A stretch of 63,188 bases of DNA, filler included, from Bdellovibrionota bacterium (lineage in GTDB: Bacteria > Bdellovibrionota > Bdellovibrionia > Bdellovibrionales > JAEYZS01): NCBI GenBank assembly GCA_963169515.1. It is 4 parts of 4 records of this genome, joined end to end, with 100 filler letters (N's around TTAATTAATTAA, not from the genome) between each part and the next. Parts side by side here need not be neighbours in the genome. Positions count along the whole stretch, not along the records: positions 1 to 16,368 come from CAUJEF010000165.1; positions 16,469 to 35,995 come from CAUJEF010000166.1; 2 more parts are not named here. The stretch is one strand, 5' to 3'. Made by a program: the position numbers and the translations under genes. Shown here in pieces: positions 10,637 to 20,304 of the stretch (its first letter is position 1; the number at the start of each line of letters is the position of its first letter). A model generated the notes under the pieces. The model saw nothing but the letters and a program-made list of their open reading frames with translations, had not been told where the DNA came from and made no database searches.

Positions 10637-11369
10637 ACCCTTGTTGATAGCCCACAGGGGCTTTAGTGCAAAGTATCCAGAAAATACCATGATAGCGTTC
10701 GAGCGAGCGATTGCAAATCACTGCGATATGATTGAGCTTGATATCCATTTATCGAAAGACGGGGAACTTGTTGTTCATCACGATTTTAATTTAGGGAGAA
10801 CTGCGAACGGAAGTGGGCTGATATTTGATCATTCGGCTCACGATTTGCAAAAGCTCGATGCGGGCTCTTGGTTTAATAATAAATTTAAGGGTGAAAGAAT
10901 ACCCCTACTTCAAGATGTTTTCGCGTTGGTCAAGAAGCAATGCCTTTTAAATGTTGAGATAAAGCACGAAACGCTTTTGAACGAGTCTGCGTGTAACCAG
11001 ATGGCTGATCGGCTACTGAACCTAATCGAGCATGGAGACATGATGGACTCCGTTGTTGTCTCCAGCTTTTATTGGCACATTTTAGAGATTTTAAGAAAAA
11101 AAAATTCAGATGTTCAGTTGGGATTGCTTAACCATGACATAGAAAAGGGTTTAAGGCTCGAAGACGCCGATAAAATTCGACCATATAGTTATCATCCTAA
11201 CTATAAAAAATTGAATAAAGGCATTGTCGATTTATTACACAAGTATGACCTGAAGGTTTATCCGTACACAGTGAATGAAGTTGCAGGCTTTGAATTTCTG
11301 TATGAAATCGGTGCCGACGGCATTATCACTAATGAAGTTGAACGCCTTTATCATTTTCAAAACAAATAA
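10626..11369 (+). CDS. ugpQ: glycerophosphodiester phosphodiesterase
   Basis: AHRGFS..PENT, ELDIH.SKDG, HD, NVEIK, YTVN, DGIIT; start moved to ATG 10626. Confidence 0.9.
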   Translation: MKNKPLLIAHRGFSAKYPENTMIAFERAIANHCDMIELDIHLSKDGELVVHHDFNLGRTANGSGLIFDHSAHDLQKLDAGSWFNNKFKGERIPLLQDVFALVKKQCLLNVEIKHETLLNESACNQMADRLLNLIEHGDMMDSVVVSSFYWHILEILRKKNSDVQLGLLNHDIEKGLRLEDADKIRPYSYHPNYKKLNKGIVDLLHKYDLKVYPYTVNEVAGFEFLYEIGADGIITNEVERLYHFQNK

Positions 11370-11376
11370 AGATATA

Positions 11377-12516
11377 TTATTGAGCCCCACCTCGCAGCTG
11401 TAGGGTGACAGGGTCACTGATGGATTTGCCATAGTCATCCGAGATCGAAACACCTTGGAACGTGTAGGATTGTCCCACGGTAAGACCATCTAAGATAATT
11501 TCATGCTGTGTTCGAAGCATATTATCACTATTAGATAGCATCTCTACACCGCTGGACACATCCAGGTATCGCACTTGTGATGATGCTGGAATGTCTGTGT
11601 TCCAAGCGACTCTTACACGCCCAAAAAATAAATCTTCGGCAATAAAACCTGTGATATGTGGCGCAACCCCTGTGACACATGGATTGAAAATCGCCGAGAT
11701 CGGTAAATTGTAGTTTTCTGGCGCAATGGGTTTCCACCCACGCGCCAAAATATCTTTGTACGCTTGCTGTGGGGCAGAATTGTTTTCAAAATCAAAGTAT
11801 CTAGAGTTGCCTGATTTTCCGCATTCAGTTTCAACTGGGTTTGAGGCGCTTTTCTTTCTCCATAATGGAATAAATGAAATATGATATCGAGGGCCTTGGT
11901 AATATTCAAAGTCTACCAGGTATTCACTATCTTGGGTCATATTTAGTGTTTGAATACCGCATCCCATTTTAGTTGGATGATCGCCATCGTTACTGACTAG
12001 AATGGTATCTTGTCCCTGAACGGTCGTTTTCATCGTGGTTCCATCGTCAGACAACAATGCAAATTCATACACCCCGTTAGAGTCGTTTTGAGTTAATTTC
12101 AGCACTGTCGAAAAACGGATAGCAAAATACTCGATTAGGTTATTCCCCGCATCGTCGCGCACTATTCCGCCTGTTTCAGTTGGAAATCCTAAAGCGAATT
12201 TTCGAGTTGGAACATTTATTTGAGAAAAAAACATAGCCTGAGGGCTCTTAATCCCATTTGCGAAATAATCTGAAAGTTTGCTGTAGTGTGGTTGATCGGG
12301 GCGAGTGTAATATAATGATGCCTTTAATCCTTTACCTGGATTTAATGGTCCGCCACCGCCCATTGGATCGCACACTAACTTGTTTAATGGATACATGTTA
12401 ACATCAAAAGTTCCTAGCTTCTCTGGAGCTGTCAGGGTGCTCTTGCTACATCCAAATAGTACCGCGGTTGCGGCACTCAATAGGATAGCCATTTTTATAT
12501 TCTTATACGCGCTCAT
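11377..12516 (-). CDS. lipoprotein with PA14-like domain and C-terminal FN3-like domain
   Basis: Lipobox LFGC; YEFALLSDDG, NDGDH, YYQGP PA14 motifs; WNTDIPASSQVRY...H.I.L.GL FN3-like tail; GGGGA RBS before ATG 12516. Confidence 0.7.
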   Translation of the reverse strand: MSAYKNIKMAILLSAATAVLFGCSKSTLTAPEKLGTFDVNMYPLNKLVCDPMGGGGPLNPGKGLKASLYYTRPDQPHYSKLSDYFANGIKSPQAMFFSQINVPTRKFALGFPTETGGIVRDDAGNNLIEYFAIRFSTVLKLTQNDSNGVYEFALLSDDGTTMKTTVQGQDTILVSNDGDHPTKMGCGIQTLNMTQDSEYLVDFEYYQGPRYHISFIPLWRKKSASNPVETECGKSGNSRYFDFENNSAPQQAYKDILARGWKPIAPENYNLPISAIFNPCVTGVAPHITGFIAEDLFFGRVRVAWNTDIPASSQVRYLDVSSGVEMLSNSDNMLRTQHEIILDGLTVGQSYTFQGVSISDDYGKSISDPVTLQLRGGAQ

Positions 12517-12653
12517 AACGTCCCCCAAGCTCTGAGAAAACACTACTTAAGTATAGCAAATGAAATGAAAAAACGCGAAGTTTCATATACTTAGATCAAA
12601 ATAGGACTCTAAGAATTTGACACTTTTTTGAACATTCTCGGTTTGAGCCAGTT

Positions 12654-13169
12654 TTAAAAATTTATACTGTAAAGGTTGTCTTCCTTATCGAACTCGGGGA
12701 ACTTGATCATTTTTTCAAACTTCATTCCGAGCTTTTCTAATACTCGTTGAGACGGGATGTTTTCAACTAACGTAATTCCCACTAAACGTGTAATTTTTAA
12801 TTCCGTTCGCACATACTCCACAACTGCCTTTGCGGCTTCAGTTGCATAACCCTTCCCAAATTGCGACTCAAGGTAAGCAAATCCAATATCAACATCACCA
12901 AGCCAGTCACGTTTCAACAGGCTGCAAATTCCGATGGGCTGTCTGGGCTCTTTAGTTTCCACAATGAAAGATCCAAAGCCTAGCCGACGGTATTGCTCAT
13001 CATAAATTTTTTGAATATGCTTTTTTGCGTCTTCGGCATTGCGAATGCCACGATCGCCGATATTCTTAATAAAAGACGATTCGTTCAGAAGCTTTATTAC
13101 AAAATCTGTATCGGTAAACTCATACCAGCGAAGAAGTAGGCGTTTTGTTTCGAGCTTTTTAGGTTCCAT
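12654..13169 (-). CDS. GNAT (RimJ/RimL-type) N-acetyltransferase
   Basis: LETKRLLLR, GKGYATEAA, N.PSQRVLEKLGM. Confidence 0.9.
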   Translation of the reverse strand: MEPKKLETKRLLLRWYEFTDTDFVIKLLNESSFIKNIGDRGIRNAEDAKKHIQKIYDEQYRRLGFGSFIVETKEPRQPIGICSLLKRDWLGDVDIGFAYLESQFGKGYATEAAKAVVEYVRTELKITRLVGITLVENIPSQRVLEKLGMKFEKMIKFPEFDKEDNLYSINF

Positions 13170-13210
13170 GTGGTCACAGAAAGTATCAAAAAATCAGCGT
13201 TTGAGATAAT

Positions 13211-13242
13211 AAAAAAGGACTTTGTTTTCAAAGTCCTTTTTT
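13211..13242. terminator. intrinsic terminator downstream of the RRM gene
   Basis: AAAAAAGGACTTTG-TTTT-CAAAGTCCTTTTTT perfect inverted repeat with A/T tails. Confidence 0.88.
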
Positions 13243-13264
13243 AATTTTCTATCTAAAGAAAATA

Positions 13265-13597
13265 TTAATAGCGTTTGTTAAATCCACCGCCACGTCCGCC
13301 ACCGGGACCGCCGCGTTTAAATCCGCCACCACCGCCGCGTCCACCACCAGATTCTTGTGGTTTAGCTTCAGACACGCGAATTGCACGGCCTTGTAATTCT
13401 TTGCCATTTAATTGTTCGATGGCAGCATTTGCTTCATCGGCAGATGACATTTCAACAAAGCCGAAGCCCTTTGAACGTCCAGAGCCTTTATCCGTAATGA
13501 CACGGGCAGAAGTCACTGTTCCGCATGCAGCAAAATGGTCTTGTAGAGCTTGATCGTCTACAGAATAGGGAATGTTCCCCACGTATAATTTAGACAT
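13265..13597 (-). CDS. RNA-recognition-motif (RRM) RNA-binding protein with Gly-rich tail
   Basis: RNP2 KLYVGNI, RNP1 KGFGFVEM, GGR-rich C-terminus; AGGAGG RBS. Confidence 0.95.
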   Translation of the reverse strand: MSKLYVGNIPYSVDDQALQDHFAACGTVTSARVITDKGSGRSKGFGFVEMSSADEANAAIEQLNGKELQGRAIRVSEAKPQESGGGRGGGGGFKRGGPGGGRGGGFNKRY

Positions 13598-13881
13598 TTA
13601 AGTCCTCCTTTAAAGTATGGGTCGCTTCGCAAAGGAGAACCTTAAAAAATCTCCGAGAAAGCAGACAGATTTCAATATGCTGGAAACGCACTAAATTTTC
13701 AAGCGGTCTTATGCAGAACCTGTCTTAATTTCACTGATTACGGTTTGCATAATTCGGGTTTTAGTTCTGTCTTTTCAATATATTAGAGGCAGGGCTACCT
13801 CGTAACGATGTTCTAAGATCTCTAAACCATCAACAAATTCTGTCATTGGGGCCGGTATATGTGGTTAATTTTTCATTATTT

Positions 13882-14616
13882 CTATAAGGACATTTCCCCA
13901 TCAATAAAGCGGCGGAGAAGTTTTTGGTCGTCCCCAGCCATTTCGCGGAACTGGATTCCCATTCCGGCGGGATAGGTGCCACCACCCTTTTCAACTCGGA
14001 CGACTTTGGCACTGCATCGGATTTGATAAAATCCAGCTATATTAAATCGAATTTCAATTTGATCATTTGGTTTCAGGTCCGTAGGAATTTTCGCTTCTCC
14101 GCTGGTATTGAGGCGTAGAAACGCGCCAGACTCTGATATATCATAGGTTGCCGTAGAAAACTTTGCCTTATCAAGCCATGGGCACACGAGCATTGGGATT
14201 TCTACCTTGCGCCTGGCAGCCGTTCTCCACCAGCGATTTTTTGGGTTTCGGAGTACGGCGCGGGCATCTGGAAGGAGCATCAGGCCATGTGCCAATGCGA
14301 ACAACGCGCATCCTAGCATTGTAGTCGTCATGCTGAAATCTGTTCCAACCTTACCGACCCAATAATTATTTAGGAATGTGACCAGTATCAAGATTGCCGT
14401 TGAGTAAATCGAGTATTTAGAGGCCTGGAATAACAATGCTGCATTAAAAAAGCAGAAAAACATTACAGCTTGATTTAAATATGTGAGCTTATTCCAGATA
14501 GCACCAAACTCACCCCAAGAGTGTTCATAAAGCAGGGCCACTTGTAGCGGAACAGATAATCCCACACAGATTAGAACAACGGAAAGTAATATGAGTGACT
14601 TCGGCCTATATTTCAT
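13882..14616 (-). CDS. membrane protein with C-terminal PilZ domain
   Basis: About 4 N-terminal TM helices; RTAARR (RxxxR) and DISESG (D/NxSxxG) c-di-GMP motifs; GMGIQF. Confidence 0.82.
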   Translation of the reverse strand: MKYRPKSLILLSVVLICVGLSVPLQVALLYEHSWGEFGAIWNKLTYLNQAVMFFCFFNAALLFQASKYSIYSTAILILVTFLNNYWVGKVGTDFSMTTTMLGCALFALAHGLMLLPDARAVLRNPKNRWWRTAARRKVEIPMLVCPWLDKAKFSTATYDISESGAFLRLNTSGEAKIPTDLKPNDQIEIRFNIAGFYQIRCSAKVVRVEKGGGTYPAGMGIQFREMAGDDQKLLRRFIDGEMSL

Positions 14617-14617
14617 A

Positions 14618-15679
14618 CTAACTTTCCTTCTTCGAGAAATGGTAGCAGTAACTCATAATGCGGTTTACATACTTTCTGGCTTCGCCCAATTCATCGTCAT
14701 ATAAAAAGTCTTTCCCGTGTTCATTAAGAGCGCGTTTTACACGTGCAGCCCCAGAATTGTAACTGGCAAGAACGACAGTCGTCATTGCGAGGTCAACATC
14801 TTTAAAGTTTGCTTTAACTAAGTCTGAATTTTCAGGCTTTTTCCAATATTCAGATAAGTATTTAAGGTAGAGACTGCCGCCGTCGATTGATTTTTTTGGA
14901 TCTAAGCGCCATTCGTTTTCAGAGGTTATTTTTTTTGAGGCTATCAAAGTTTTAATTTGTGGAGCGGAAAGATCAGAAATTTTCGAATAACGTGGCCAGT
15001 TTGGCCGTAAGGGGATAATTTCGCTTTCAGCACTTGATGTAATTTGAGTTAGGCCAATAGCTTTTGCAAAACTAACGCTTGATTCGTTAAACCCAGATTC
15101 TTGGGCGATTAGGCCCGCTAATAGGCTTGGATTTAGTTCTTTGACTTTTGAAGAGGATTTTATCCATAGAAGATACTCGCTCGGCGGTGTGAATAGACCC
15201 GTGGATATTATATCCATGTCATCTGTTTCCAGGCATGTCGGCGGAAGATATTTTGCTAAAATCAGATTGCTATCCTTAGAGGGTTGAAATGCTATTACGA
15301 TGTTGTGATTGCGTGAGGCGGGCAGGCGCAAATTTTTAAATGCCATTTCAATTTGGTTGGAGTCTGAAAGGATGTTCTTTTCAGACCGTTTCAGGTAGGC
15401 GTCTGTGACGTCCTTTGAGTTGTAATATATTTTAAAAAGGTGGCTTTCTTGAATTTTATCTGAAGAATTAATTGTAATTTCCAATTTGGATTTAGAGTGG
15501 AGCACCTGACGGTCCGGGGTGAATATAACACTCAGACCTTGGGCTTCGGTTTTGCGACCTGACGTGAACTCCTCAAGCGTTGGCTTGTCGTCCTGGTTTA
15601 TGGCGCCAAATGGAGACATTGGACCCGCACAACCAGTGAGGCAAATAAAAATTAGGATTAAGATCCTATATTGAAACAT
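14618..15679 (-). CDS. lipoprotein lytic transglycosylase (SLT domain)
   Basis: Lipobox LTGC; IAQESGFN, AIGLTQI, ASYNSG, EARKYV SLT motifs. Confidence 0.85.
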   Translation of the reverse strand: MFQYRILILIFICLTGCAGPMSPFGAINQDDKPTLEEFTSGRKTEAQGLSVIFTPDRQVLHSKSKLEITINSSDKIQESHLFKIYYNSKDVTDAYLKRSEKNILSDSNQIEMAFKNLRLPASRNHNIVIAFQPSKDSNLILAKYLPPTCLETDDMDIISTGLFTPPSEYLLWIKSSSKVKELNPSLLAGLIAQESGFNESSVSFAKAIGLTQITSSAESEIIPLRPNWPRYSKISDLSAPQIKTLIASKKITSENEWRLDPKKSIDGGSLYLKYLSEYWKKPENSDLVKANFKDVDLAMTTVVLASYNSGAARVKRALNEHGKDFLYDDELGEARKYVNRIMSYCYHFSKKES

Positions 15680-15704
15680 GAAAACCCGTCCTCTCCAAAA
15701 GTTC

Positions 15705-15732
15705 TTGTCGGTATATTTCCATAAGATCTTTA
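15705..15732 (-). promoter_or_regulatory. putative sigma28 (FliA)-like promoter
   Basis: Minus strand TAAAG-N15-ACCGACAA, about 25 nt upstream of the SLT start. Confidence 0.4.
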
Positions 15733-15843
15733 CAGCCTAAGTGCCTAGAAGCTATGGGGAATAATTGCCTTAAACTGGCATGATTTATCTCGAGAATTCA
15801 CAAAAGATTCAGGTCTTTCCGATACGATGTAAGGGCTAAAAAT

Positions 15844-16368
15844 ATGTCAGATAAACGCAAAACTCCGCGCTATACTTTAAAGTCTGCGAACATAAAGGTC
15901 GGGCGCTTTTCAATACATTCTTGGTTTAAGAACCGACGGGTTTTAAATACTGTGATTTATGACCTTTCAAAGACCGGAATTTCATTTATTGTTCCATTTT
16001 ATCAAGCCCCAAAGGTTGGCGATTCCATTGCCATTGAATTTACGGTTCCGGGAGCAGACCAAATTGCATGCATGGGACGGGTGATGAGCGTTGTGGATGC
16101 CGGGCATTTGAATGAATACCATATTCGAATAGAGAAGTTTCCCCATGTCAAAGTTGGGCTCAAGTTTGAACAGCTACCGGAAAAATATATAAAGCTTTTA
16201 GAGGGCAATCTAAAAAGCCTTGTAACAAAAAACATTGATCAACAGTTACGGGAAATGGGTATTGCGGTTAAGGCATCAGTGAGGTCCGTTCCATACCCTC
16301 TCGTTGTTCTTGTAATTTCTGCTCTTGCGGTTCTATTGATGGGATCTTTTGTCAGTCGTATGCAAAAT
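15844..16368 (+). CDS. PilZ-domain protein with TM helix (truncated by contig end)
   Basis: RKTPRY, DLSKTG, VGLKF; hydrophobic segment just before the gap. Confidence 0.8.
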
Positions 16369-16468
16369 NNNNNNNNNNNNNNNNNNNNNNNNNNNNNNNN
16401 NNNNNNNNNNNNTTAATTAATTAANNNNNNNNNNNNNNNNNNNNNNNNNNNNNNNNNNNNNNNNNNNN
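16369..16468. other. artificial contig linker
   Basis: 44 N + TTAATTAATTAA + 44 N. Confidence 0.98.
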
Positions 16469-16719
16469 GTTGGATCACTGATACTTTCCAAGAATCTGTT
16501 GAAGAGATGCTTCCAAAAACAATTGAAGAACTGGAAGAGCTTCAAGCGATTGATAATTCCCTTCCGGGATTGTCCGCATCGTTACCGAGCTTAGAAGAAT
16601 CTATCGACCCAGACAAAGCAGAAAGTGAATTGCTAAAAGATAGAATTATGGGATTGATCGAGGCCGACAATGTTAAGGCCGCAAATGCTCTTAACTTATG
16701 GTTAGTCAGGAGGGATTAG
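16469..16719 (+). CDS. fliF: flagellar MS-ring protein, C-terminal fragment
   Basis: Open from the contig edge, directly upstream of fliG; ends AANALNLWL, like the FliF C-terminus. Confidence 0.75.
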
Positions 16720-16722
16720 AAC

Positions 16723-17757
16723 ATGAGCGTTAAACGTACAGAAAATTTGGAATATGCAACGCTAAAGGGCTTTGAAAAGGCGGCTGTGCTTATGAACTAC
16801 CTTGGGAAGGAAGCGGCCTCCATGGTACTAAAGCACCTCAATGACAATGATATTCGCAAGCTGGTTAGCATCATGGGCCGCCTTCGGGTTGTTCCGGTTG
16901 AAATCACTAAAAAGGTGCTCGAGGAGTTCTATGAGGTGCTGAGCGAAAGTCAGGAATACATATTTTCAGATCAAGTTATTCATAAAGACAGCATTGTGAA
17001 TGCAGTCGGTGAAGAGAGAGCAAGGGTAATCCTGGGTCACTTGAATACTCGAGGCGGACCACAGCGAACACTTGAGAGCCTAGAGGTCGTCGACGCAAAA
17101 TCGTTGTCGAATTTTTTGATCAATGAGCATCCTCAAACGATAGCTGTGATCTTGGCCCATCTTGAGCCTGAAAAAAAAGCCGAGGTTATAAAACGTCTTC
17201 CAGAAAATCTTCAGACCGAGGTGGTTTTGCGATTGTCGAACCTTGATTACATTTCTCCGGAATTGATTCAAGAGTTGGATGCCGTATTGAAAGCCGAACT
17301 TTCAACTATGGCGACAGCTGATCAAACGTCACTTGGCGGTATTCAACCAGTGGCGGAGATGATGAATATCATGGACAAAAACACAGAAACGGCAATTATG
17401 GGTCGCTTAGAGGAAAAGGATCCAATTTTGTCTGAGGAGATTCGCAAGTTGATGTTCGTGTTCGAAGACATTGTGAAAATCGATGACCGAGGAATCCAAG
17501 GCCTTCTTAAAGAAATTTCAAATGACAAATTGTTATTGGCTCTTAAAACGGCGAATGAAGAAATCCGAAGCAAGATTTTCAAGAATATTTCTCAAAGAGC
17601 AGCTCAAATGTTGCGAGAGGACCTAGACAATATGGGACCAGCTCGGTTGTCGGATGTGGAGGCGGCACAGCAAGAGATTGTTAACACAGCTCGAAAGCTT
17701 GAGGCTGAAGGAAAAATCTTAATCGCGAGAGGTGGTTCGGAAGATGCGCTCGTCTAA
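16723..17757 (+). CDS. fliG: flagellar motor switch protein
   Basis: EKAAVLM, EHPQTIAVIL, MFVFED, NISQRAA, DVEAAQ. Confidence 0.97.
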   Translation: MSVKRTENLEYATLKGFEKAAVLMNYLGKEAASMVLKHLNDNDIRKLVSIMGRLRVVPVEITKKVLEEFYEVLSESQEYIFSDQVIHKDSIVNAVGEERARVILGHLNTRGGPQRTLESLEVVDAKSLSNFLINEHPQTIAVILAHLEPEKKAEVIKRLPENLQTEVVLRLSNLDYISPELIQELDAVLKAELSTMATADQTSLGGIQPVAEMMNIMDKNTETAIMGRLEEKDPILSEEIRKLMFVFEDIVKIDDRGIQGLLKEISNDKLLLALKTANEEIRSKIFKNISQRAAQMLREDLDNMGPARLSDVEAAQQEIVNTARKLEAEGKILIARGGSEDALV

Positions 17758-18520
17758 GATTATTCGCAAAGAAGAGGCCGATTTGGGGGTTTTGTTTTAT
17801 GAGCCACCTCGTGTTGCCGTAGATGTACAATCCCAGTCGAAAAACTTTATCGCCCTTCAAAAGATAGAAGAGCAAGAGTCTTTTAAAGTAAATAAGCTTG
17901 TCGCAGATCAAATTGGTTTGGCGGCAGCGGAAGTAAAGGTGCAAGAAAGAAAAATCGAAGACAAGGCTCTAGAAAAAATGCAAGAAGTGCAAGAGCGTGC
18001 GTTTAAAGAAGCCTATGAACTGGGGCTGTTTGAGGGTAAGCAAAAGGCCTATGATGATTACCAAGATCTAATTCGACAGCAGCTGGAAAGGTTTTCAGAA
18101 TTAATGGAAGCGCTTGCAACCATAAAGAAAAATGTGCTGGACCAAAACGAATCTCAGATGGTTGACCTGATATATTACATGGCAAAAAAAGTCGCTCTTG
18201 AACATATTCAATCCAATCCAGCACGGATTATCCCTGTTTTGAGAGAAGTGGTTGAGACCATGAGCGAAGACGAAAGGGTTACAGTAAGAATTTCAACAGC
18301 AGACTATGCTTTTGTTGAAGAGTTAAGAAAAGAAATGAAACGAGAATTCGAATTTTTAAAAAAAATCACCTTGGCAGAGTCCACGGACGTCAAAGATGGA
18401 GGATGCATTTTCGAAACAAAAAACGGATTAAAAGATGCATCGGTTGAGGAACGGCTAGAAAAACTTTGGAAAGTTCTTCAGGAGAATAAGCCAAAAACAA
18501 AAACGGACGGCGGTCAATGA
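17744..18520 (+). CDS. fliH: flagellar export protein
   Basis: AxxxGxxxG repeats, GGCIFET; between fliG and fliI; start at ATG 17744. Confidence 0.88.
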   Translation: MRSSKIIRKEEADLGVLFYEPPRVAVDVQSQSKNFIALQKIEEQESFKVNKLVADQIGLAAAEVKVQERKIEDKALEKMQEVQERAFKEAYELGLFEGKQKAYDDYQDLIRQQLERFSELMEALATIKKNVLDQNESQMVDLIYYMAKKVALEHIQSNPARIIPVLREVVETMSEDERVTVRISTADYAFVEELRKEMKREFEFLKKITLAESTDVKDGGCIFETKNGLKDASVEERLEKLWKVLQENKPKTKTDGGQ

Positions 18521-19848
18521 GTGAATCATCGGCGGTATTGAATTTAAACAAATACAGGCGGTCTTTGGAGACTGTGACGTTAACAAAGGAAGTCGGAAAG
18601 CTCACTCGTGTTGTTGGCTGTTTGCTGGAAGGCTACCTTCCAGGCGGCGTAGTTGGAAGCCTTTGCCATATCTACTCAGGTAGCAATCGTAATCCAATCC
18701 TGGCTGAGGTGATTGGATTTAAGGATAAGCGTGTCTTACTTTTGCCTTTTGGAGAAACGCAAGGGGTCGGACTTGGTGCTCAAATTATTTTGGATCGTCA
18801 AGTGTCTACGGTTAAGGTTGGAGAGCAATTGTTGGGCCGGGTATTAAATGGTTTGGGTAAAACCATTGATGGTGGAAGTCCACTTGAATATACGGACGAG
18901 ATTCAAATCTATAAGTCTATTATTAATCCGCTTCACCGTAAACCAATTGAGGCGTCTCTTGATCTTGGTGTTCGTGCAATCAATGGGCTTGTCACAGTTG
19001 GTAAGGGTCAACGAGTTGGAATTATGGCTGGCTCCGGGGTTGGAAAGTCAGTTCTGTTGGGAATGATGGCTCAAAATACAAAAGCCGACATTAACGTCAT
19101 CGCTCTAATCGGAGAGCGAGGGCGTGAGGTTCGTGAATTCATTGAGCGTGATTTAGGTCCAGAGAGTTTAAAAAGGTCCGTGATCGTGGTCGCAACAGGA
19201 GACGAGAGTCCGCTGATGCGCATGAGGGGTGCTTTTGTGGCTACAGCGATTGCAGAGTACTTTTCTAGTCAGGGAAAAGACGTACTTTTTATGATGGACT
19301 CTGTCACTCGATTTGCGATGGCGCAAAGGGAAATTGGTCTCAATGTGGGGGAACCTCCGGCAACAAAAGGTTATACGCCGAGTGTGTTTTCTCTTCTTCC
19401 AAAGCTGCTAGAGCGCGTGGGCTCTTTTGAACACACAGGAAGTATTACGGGCTTGTATACCGTGTTGGTCGAAGGCGATGACCTTGATGATCCTATTGCA
19501 GACTCTGTTCGGTCGATTGTAGATGGTCACATTGTCCTCACGCGAAAGCTTGCAGAGCGGGGACATTTCCCGGCTATAGATGTTTTACAAAGTACAAGTC
19601 GGGTTATGAAAAGTGTTGTCGATGAACATCACTTAGACATGGCTTTAAAGTTGAGAGAACACCTGGCAATTTACAAAGAAGCTGAGGATCTGATTAATAT
19701 CGGAGCCTATAAACAAGGGTCAAATCCTAAAATTGACCAGGCAATATTTTTTCAGCCAAGAATAGAAAAGTATTTACGGCAGCGAACGAGTGAAAAAAGT
19801 GATTTTCCAGAGTCGGTGATGTATATGGATAAGGTGTTAAACGGGTGA
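18517..19848 (+). CDS. fliI: flagellar export ATPase
   Basis: GSGVGKS, LIGERGREV, MDSVTRFAMAQRE, DGHIVL. Confidence 0.97.
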   Translation: MSESSAVLNLNKYRRSLETVTLTKEVGKLTRVVGCLLEGYLPGGVVGSLCHIYSGSNRNPILAEVIGFKDKRVLLLPFGETQGVGLGAQIILDRQVSTVKVGEQLLGRVLNGLGKTIDGGSPLEYTDEIQIYKSIINPLHRKPIEASLDLGVRAINGLVTVGKGQRVGIMAGSGVGKSVLLGMMAQNTKADINVIALIGERGREVREFIERDLGPESLKRSVIVVATGDESPLMRMRGAFVATAIAEYFSSQGKDVLFMMDSVTRFAMAQREIGLNVGEPPATKGYTPSVFSLLPKLLERVGSFEHTGSITGLYTVLVEGDDLDDPIADSVRSIVDGHIVLTRKLAERGHFPAIDVLQSTSRVMKSVVDEHHLDMALKLREHLAIYKEAEDLINIGAYKQGSNPKIDQAIFFQPRIEKYLRQRTSEKSDFPESVMYMDKVLNG

Positions 19849-19851
19849 TAA

Positions 19852-20304
19852 ATGAAATTTAAATTTGGATTAGAAAAACTACTTGGTCATAAAAAAGTTT
19901 TGGAAGATGTCGCGCGCAGGGACTTCTTTGAGGCACAACACAAATTGGATGTTGAGATCGCAAAGGGGAATGGTTATCGAGATGAGTTAAAAGAAGCATA
20001 CGTATCTAAGTTTATTGCACATAGAAAAGGTGGCGCAGTGTCTTCTGATTTGAAGGCAATAGATGAATTTATGGATGGAAAAAAGATCATGATACAACGA
20101 CAAGACCAAGTAATCTCGGGTCTTCAAAAAATAGTGGAAGAAAAACGCATACGCCTTGTCGAGGCGGCACAACAGCATAAGATTTACGATAAATTAAAGA
20201 ATAAAAAGAAGGCGGAATTCTTAGATATTCAAAAAAAGAAAGATTACAAAAACATGGACGAACTGGTCGTTACATTTGCAAAACGGGGTAAAGGTTATGA
20301 ATAA
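19852..20304 (+). CDS. fliJ: flagellar export protein FliJ
   Basis: FKFGLEKLL start, coiled coil, MDE near the C-terminus; follows fliI. Confidence 0.85.
   Translation: MKFKFGLEKLLGHKKVLEDVARRDFFEAQHKLDVEIAKGNGYRDELKEAYVSKFIAHRKGGAVSSDLKAIDEFMDGKKIMIQRQDQVISGLQKIVEEKRIRLVEAAQQHKIYDKLKNKKKAEFLDIQKKKDYKNMDELVVTFAKRGKGYE

Noticed and set aside
16369..16468. Palindromic TTAATTAATTAA inside N runs (also 35996-36095 and 55916-56015)
   Set aside because: Identical artificial linker with stops in all six frames; adjacency across it (PilZ-fliF, opp-adhesin, IS-rRNA) has no biological meaning.
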